Below, in pieces: positions 60,820-64,000 of a stretch of 64,000 nucleotides of DNA (its first letter is position 1; every line of letters begins with the position of its first letter). Origin of the DNA: Balanoglossus misakiensis. Its lineage: Eukaryota; Animalia; Hemichordata. The translations under genes were made by a program, and so were the position numbers. Below the pieces are notes generated by a model that was not told where the DNA came from, did no database searches, and saw only the letters and a list, made by a program, of their open reading frames with translations. The stretch lies in assembly GCA_040954595.2 (NCBI GenBank), contig CM082598.2:1240001-1304000 (forward strand), written 5' to 3'.

Positions 60820-63304
60820 TGTGGCCGAACATTGACATACGGGTGGTTCAACAGGTTGACCGGAAGTTCCGAAATCTCATCGCCAGGGAAAAGCAAACCA
60901 CCCAAGAATGGCTGTACTCAACCCAGCGCGCTTCCGTCTTCGAAACCAACAGCCACGACGGCATGGACTTGGCTAATTTTTACATCCTCGACGATTGGAT
61001 GTGGATGAACCACCGCATGGACGTGTCAAGTTGTCGCGATCATCTGGCGAATATTGACATAAAAACGAAAGCACCGACGTTAGAAGAAGTCTTATACAAA
61101 CTGCCAGTAATCGTTTCTTCAAGGTGTGTTTCCAATAGCGCCTGTCTATAGGCCTACATACAATCTTTCAGACTGTTGTTAGGGGCACTGTTGTATCTTC
61201 CTGTCAGGATTGTTTTTTTTCATTCCCTTTATTTGACATTTCACATGGTTTCCACACACAGGGATGAAAGTAAATTATCATCGTGGGTCAAAACGGACCA
61301 GGAATTGACAACAATCCAGGATCGTCCGCCACCGAAAGACGAATATCCTGAAGTAAGTCACATCGGAGAAGAAGATATGTTTTGACTGGAACAACACTTT
61401 ACATTTTTAAAATTGCAAATAGTCGATTTTTTTATGATGAATGCTTCATAGTGGAAAGCTGAGTTTAATTTGAAAGCAAATGACTTTTCCGAAGTGTGAA
61501 TGAGAACCACGCCTGTACTTCATACTTTCAGGCAAACATGGCGGTCAATGTCATTCTGCAAGAAATCTTGGCGTATGCAGTAGATCAGGTGAGGGACGCA
61601 TCGGAGCTGAAGGACAAATATGCCACATCTGATTTGGCTGCGTTGGTGGAGGAGACCTTATCGTTTGTATGGGAAGCGACAAGCGAGGATGAAAGTGAGG
61701 AGGGAGAGGAGGAGGGAGACGGAACATGTAAAGACGTGTCAGGCGACGGCGAGACAGACGTAAAAGAGGAGTTTGATCTGATTGGAGACCAACCATCAGT
61801 TGATTGGCCAACACCAGCCGAGGCATCTGGGGCGCAGGTCAACGACCCCTTGATGACATACGTGCCACAGAAACTGTCCGTGTGGTTTCCAAAGCTGAAG
61901 ATGGTTAAGGATGAAGACAAAAATGGACTAACGGAGGAAGTATCTGCTGACCCGGAAACCGTGGTTCAGGAAGTAGATACCCCACCGGAAGCAGACGATG
62001 AGGATCTGGAAAAAGGGAACGAGAAAGACGAGAAATCTGTTGTATCCAATGCAGGGGAAAATAGTGCAGATGAGGAAGAAGACCAGAATACTAAAAATGA
62101 AAGCGATATCTCAGAAGATCAGAAACCTCAAATGGATAAACTTGTCTTGGAAGATGTCAGAAATGTTGATGGAGAAGAGCAGAACAGTTTAGACAGCAGC
62201 GATAGTGATTTAGAAGTCAATGACCTAGTAAAGGAAAGTCGTTTCCAACCGACAGCAAAACCATTTATACCCCAGAATAGTAATTTGAAATCTAAGAATA
62301 AGATGGCTTCTACCACTGCCTCTTTGTCATCGAAGCCCTTGCCTCAGATGTCTAGTGTATGGTCGACCATGAATAGTCTGCCGCACTATTCTCGTGGGCC
62401 GTGGGAGAGCACGTTCAAGAGTCCAAACGTGCGCGTGCAGTCGGGAGCAGCACCCCATAACACGAACCAGCTTCTTGGCACGGTCACTGCACGCCCTCAT
62501 CCGCGTTTTCACAACCCCCTTCAAGGCCATACCTTGCAGGGTGCCGATTTCTTGGCGCTCGGGTATTTCCCAAACGGACCACCGTGGGCCGGATACCGTC
62601 AAGCAACTCCTCCGCCCGGTCTCCAATCACCGCAACACCTTCAACACGGCATCCACGGAGATCAGAGCCCTCTCGGTTGGCCCGACTTCACTCAAAGAAA
62701 CCAGCAAAGACAGCAGCCATACCCCCAACAACAGTTGCCATATCAACCTCATCCTCAGCCCCTTCCTACTCAACAAAGCTGTTATCAACATCCGGGCAAC
62801 TTTCAACAGCAGTATCATGCGAAATTTCCATCCAACCAGAAGCCTCAGCAACCGTCGTTTCCAGAGAATCGCACAGCTGCATTATTAGAAGATCCCAGTA
62901 TTTTATCATTTGTTCCACGGGAAAAGACAACTGGGTAGGCCTCTGTCCGTCCGTCCGTCCGTCTGTCTGTCTGTCTGTCTGTATGTATGTCTTCTTCCTT
63001 TCCCGTCCCCCTCCCACGTTACCATAAATGAAGGTAATAGATGTCTTCTTCATTTTTTGTGTCATTTTACACAGGAGCACAAATGGTGTGTTCGACAGAT
63101 TTGCCGCCGAAGTTCTCCAGAACACGCGAAATCAAGTTGGTGTAGCCAACCTGCCTCCACACCACAACCAAAGTTTCGCACAGAATTCGACCAGACTCAA
63201 ACCACCGAACCAATGCCAGTTTGAGGCCTCACACTTGACGCCCCCACATGGACCATCGGTTCCTTCAAATAAAGTGAAAACACAGCACCTGGTGCCTGGC
63301 TTTC

Positions 63305-63338
<34 letters not shown>

Positions 63339-63618
63339 GCGCGTTCCCGGCATGCATCATGATAGTTCACACATGCAGCAAGGCTTTCCCGGCATGCAAC
63401 GGAATTTACAAACGACACAAAACAACGGGCAGCTGCAGCAGACGACTTCCTTCAACTTCAACTACCACCAAAATAACCCAAACGCCCGCCATGTTGTCGT
63501 CCCTTCACAGGGACAAGCCACTTTTCAAACGGAGACCGGAAGCACTCTCGGAAACGATGCCAATTTTCGGCATTTGAATGCAAGTAATGGCTATAAACCT
63601 CAATTTACACACCAATAA
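60816..63618 (+). CDS. Uncharacterised intracellular protein, ~781 aa (N-terminal globular part, acidic region, PAM2-like motif, Q/N/P/H-rich low-complexity C-terminus with polyQ); exons 60816-61123, 61262-61352, 61532-62934, 63075-63618
   Basis: Four GT-AG exons with matching phases (2,0,2) join the long ORFs at 60816, 61176, 61496 and 63028 into 2346 nt. No family recognised. Confidence 0.72.
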
Positions 63619-64000
63619 TGAACACACAAAACAATCTGACTTAGCATCTTGTTTTAGCATCATGAAGAGAGGTCATGTGACTCTCAAGTCGAAGCAATGT
63701 TTTGTTATAAAAAGAAATTATTACAATAAAGCACTTGATATTCTCTGTCTGCCTTACATCCATCTTTGAACAAGTGTTGCAATTAATTTTATGTTACAAA
63801 TAATTTTACTAGTGTTTCGAATTAACTTCGTAGATCCCACAGTGCTTTGCGCACGCTTTCTTAAATCAGCGTGGCGGCGACTGAGAAGGGCTCTCCTCGT
63901 ATTAAGTTCAAAAAGGGGCCGTTGTACAAGTTGTGAGACGTTTTAGGGTTGTTCGTCGTCCAATATAAATGAAGTGTGGTCGATAACGGTGATCGGTGCA

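Overview
Eukaryotic, intron-rich, AT-rich animal DNA. Gene content and repeats suggest a marine invertebrate deuterostome such as a hemichordate (inference only). Gene models were assembled by hand from GT-AG sites and phase continuity. In order: (1) last three exons of TMTC1 (+); (2) a 5-exon secreted neurotrophin with an NGF-type cystine knot (-); (3) an ~8.5 kb array of a 141/142-bp palindrome-rich satellite with higher-order periods, embedded in a (GGAT)n microsatellite; (4) an orphan 188-aa secreted Cys protein (-); (5) a head-to-head pair of 12-exon paralogs encoding 3x pentraxin + mucin + F-type lectin, one with a GPI-type tail (-) and one soluble (+); (6) an EPN-type C-type lectin (+); (7) PRR5/Protor (-); (8) two tandem 3-Ig receptors, each with a single coding exon and shared Tyr signalling motifs (-); (9) an orphan acidic/Q-rich protein with a PAM2-like motif and an overlapping uORF (+). 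The best candidates for an undescribed system are the lectin cluster (anchored plus soluble pentraxin-fucolectin pair with degenerate ligand sites) and the intronless Ig-receptor pair, which sit in a TMTC1-neurotrophin-PRR5 neighbourhood.
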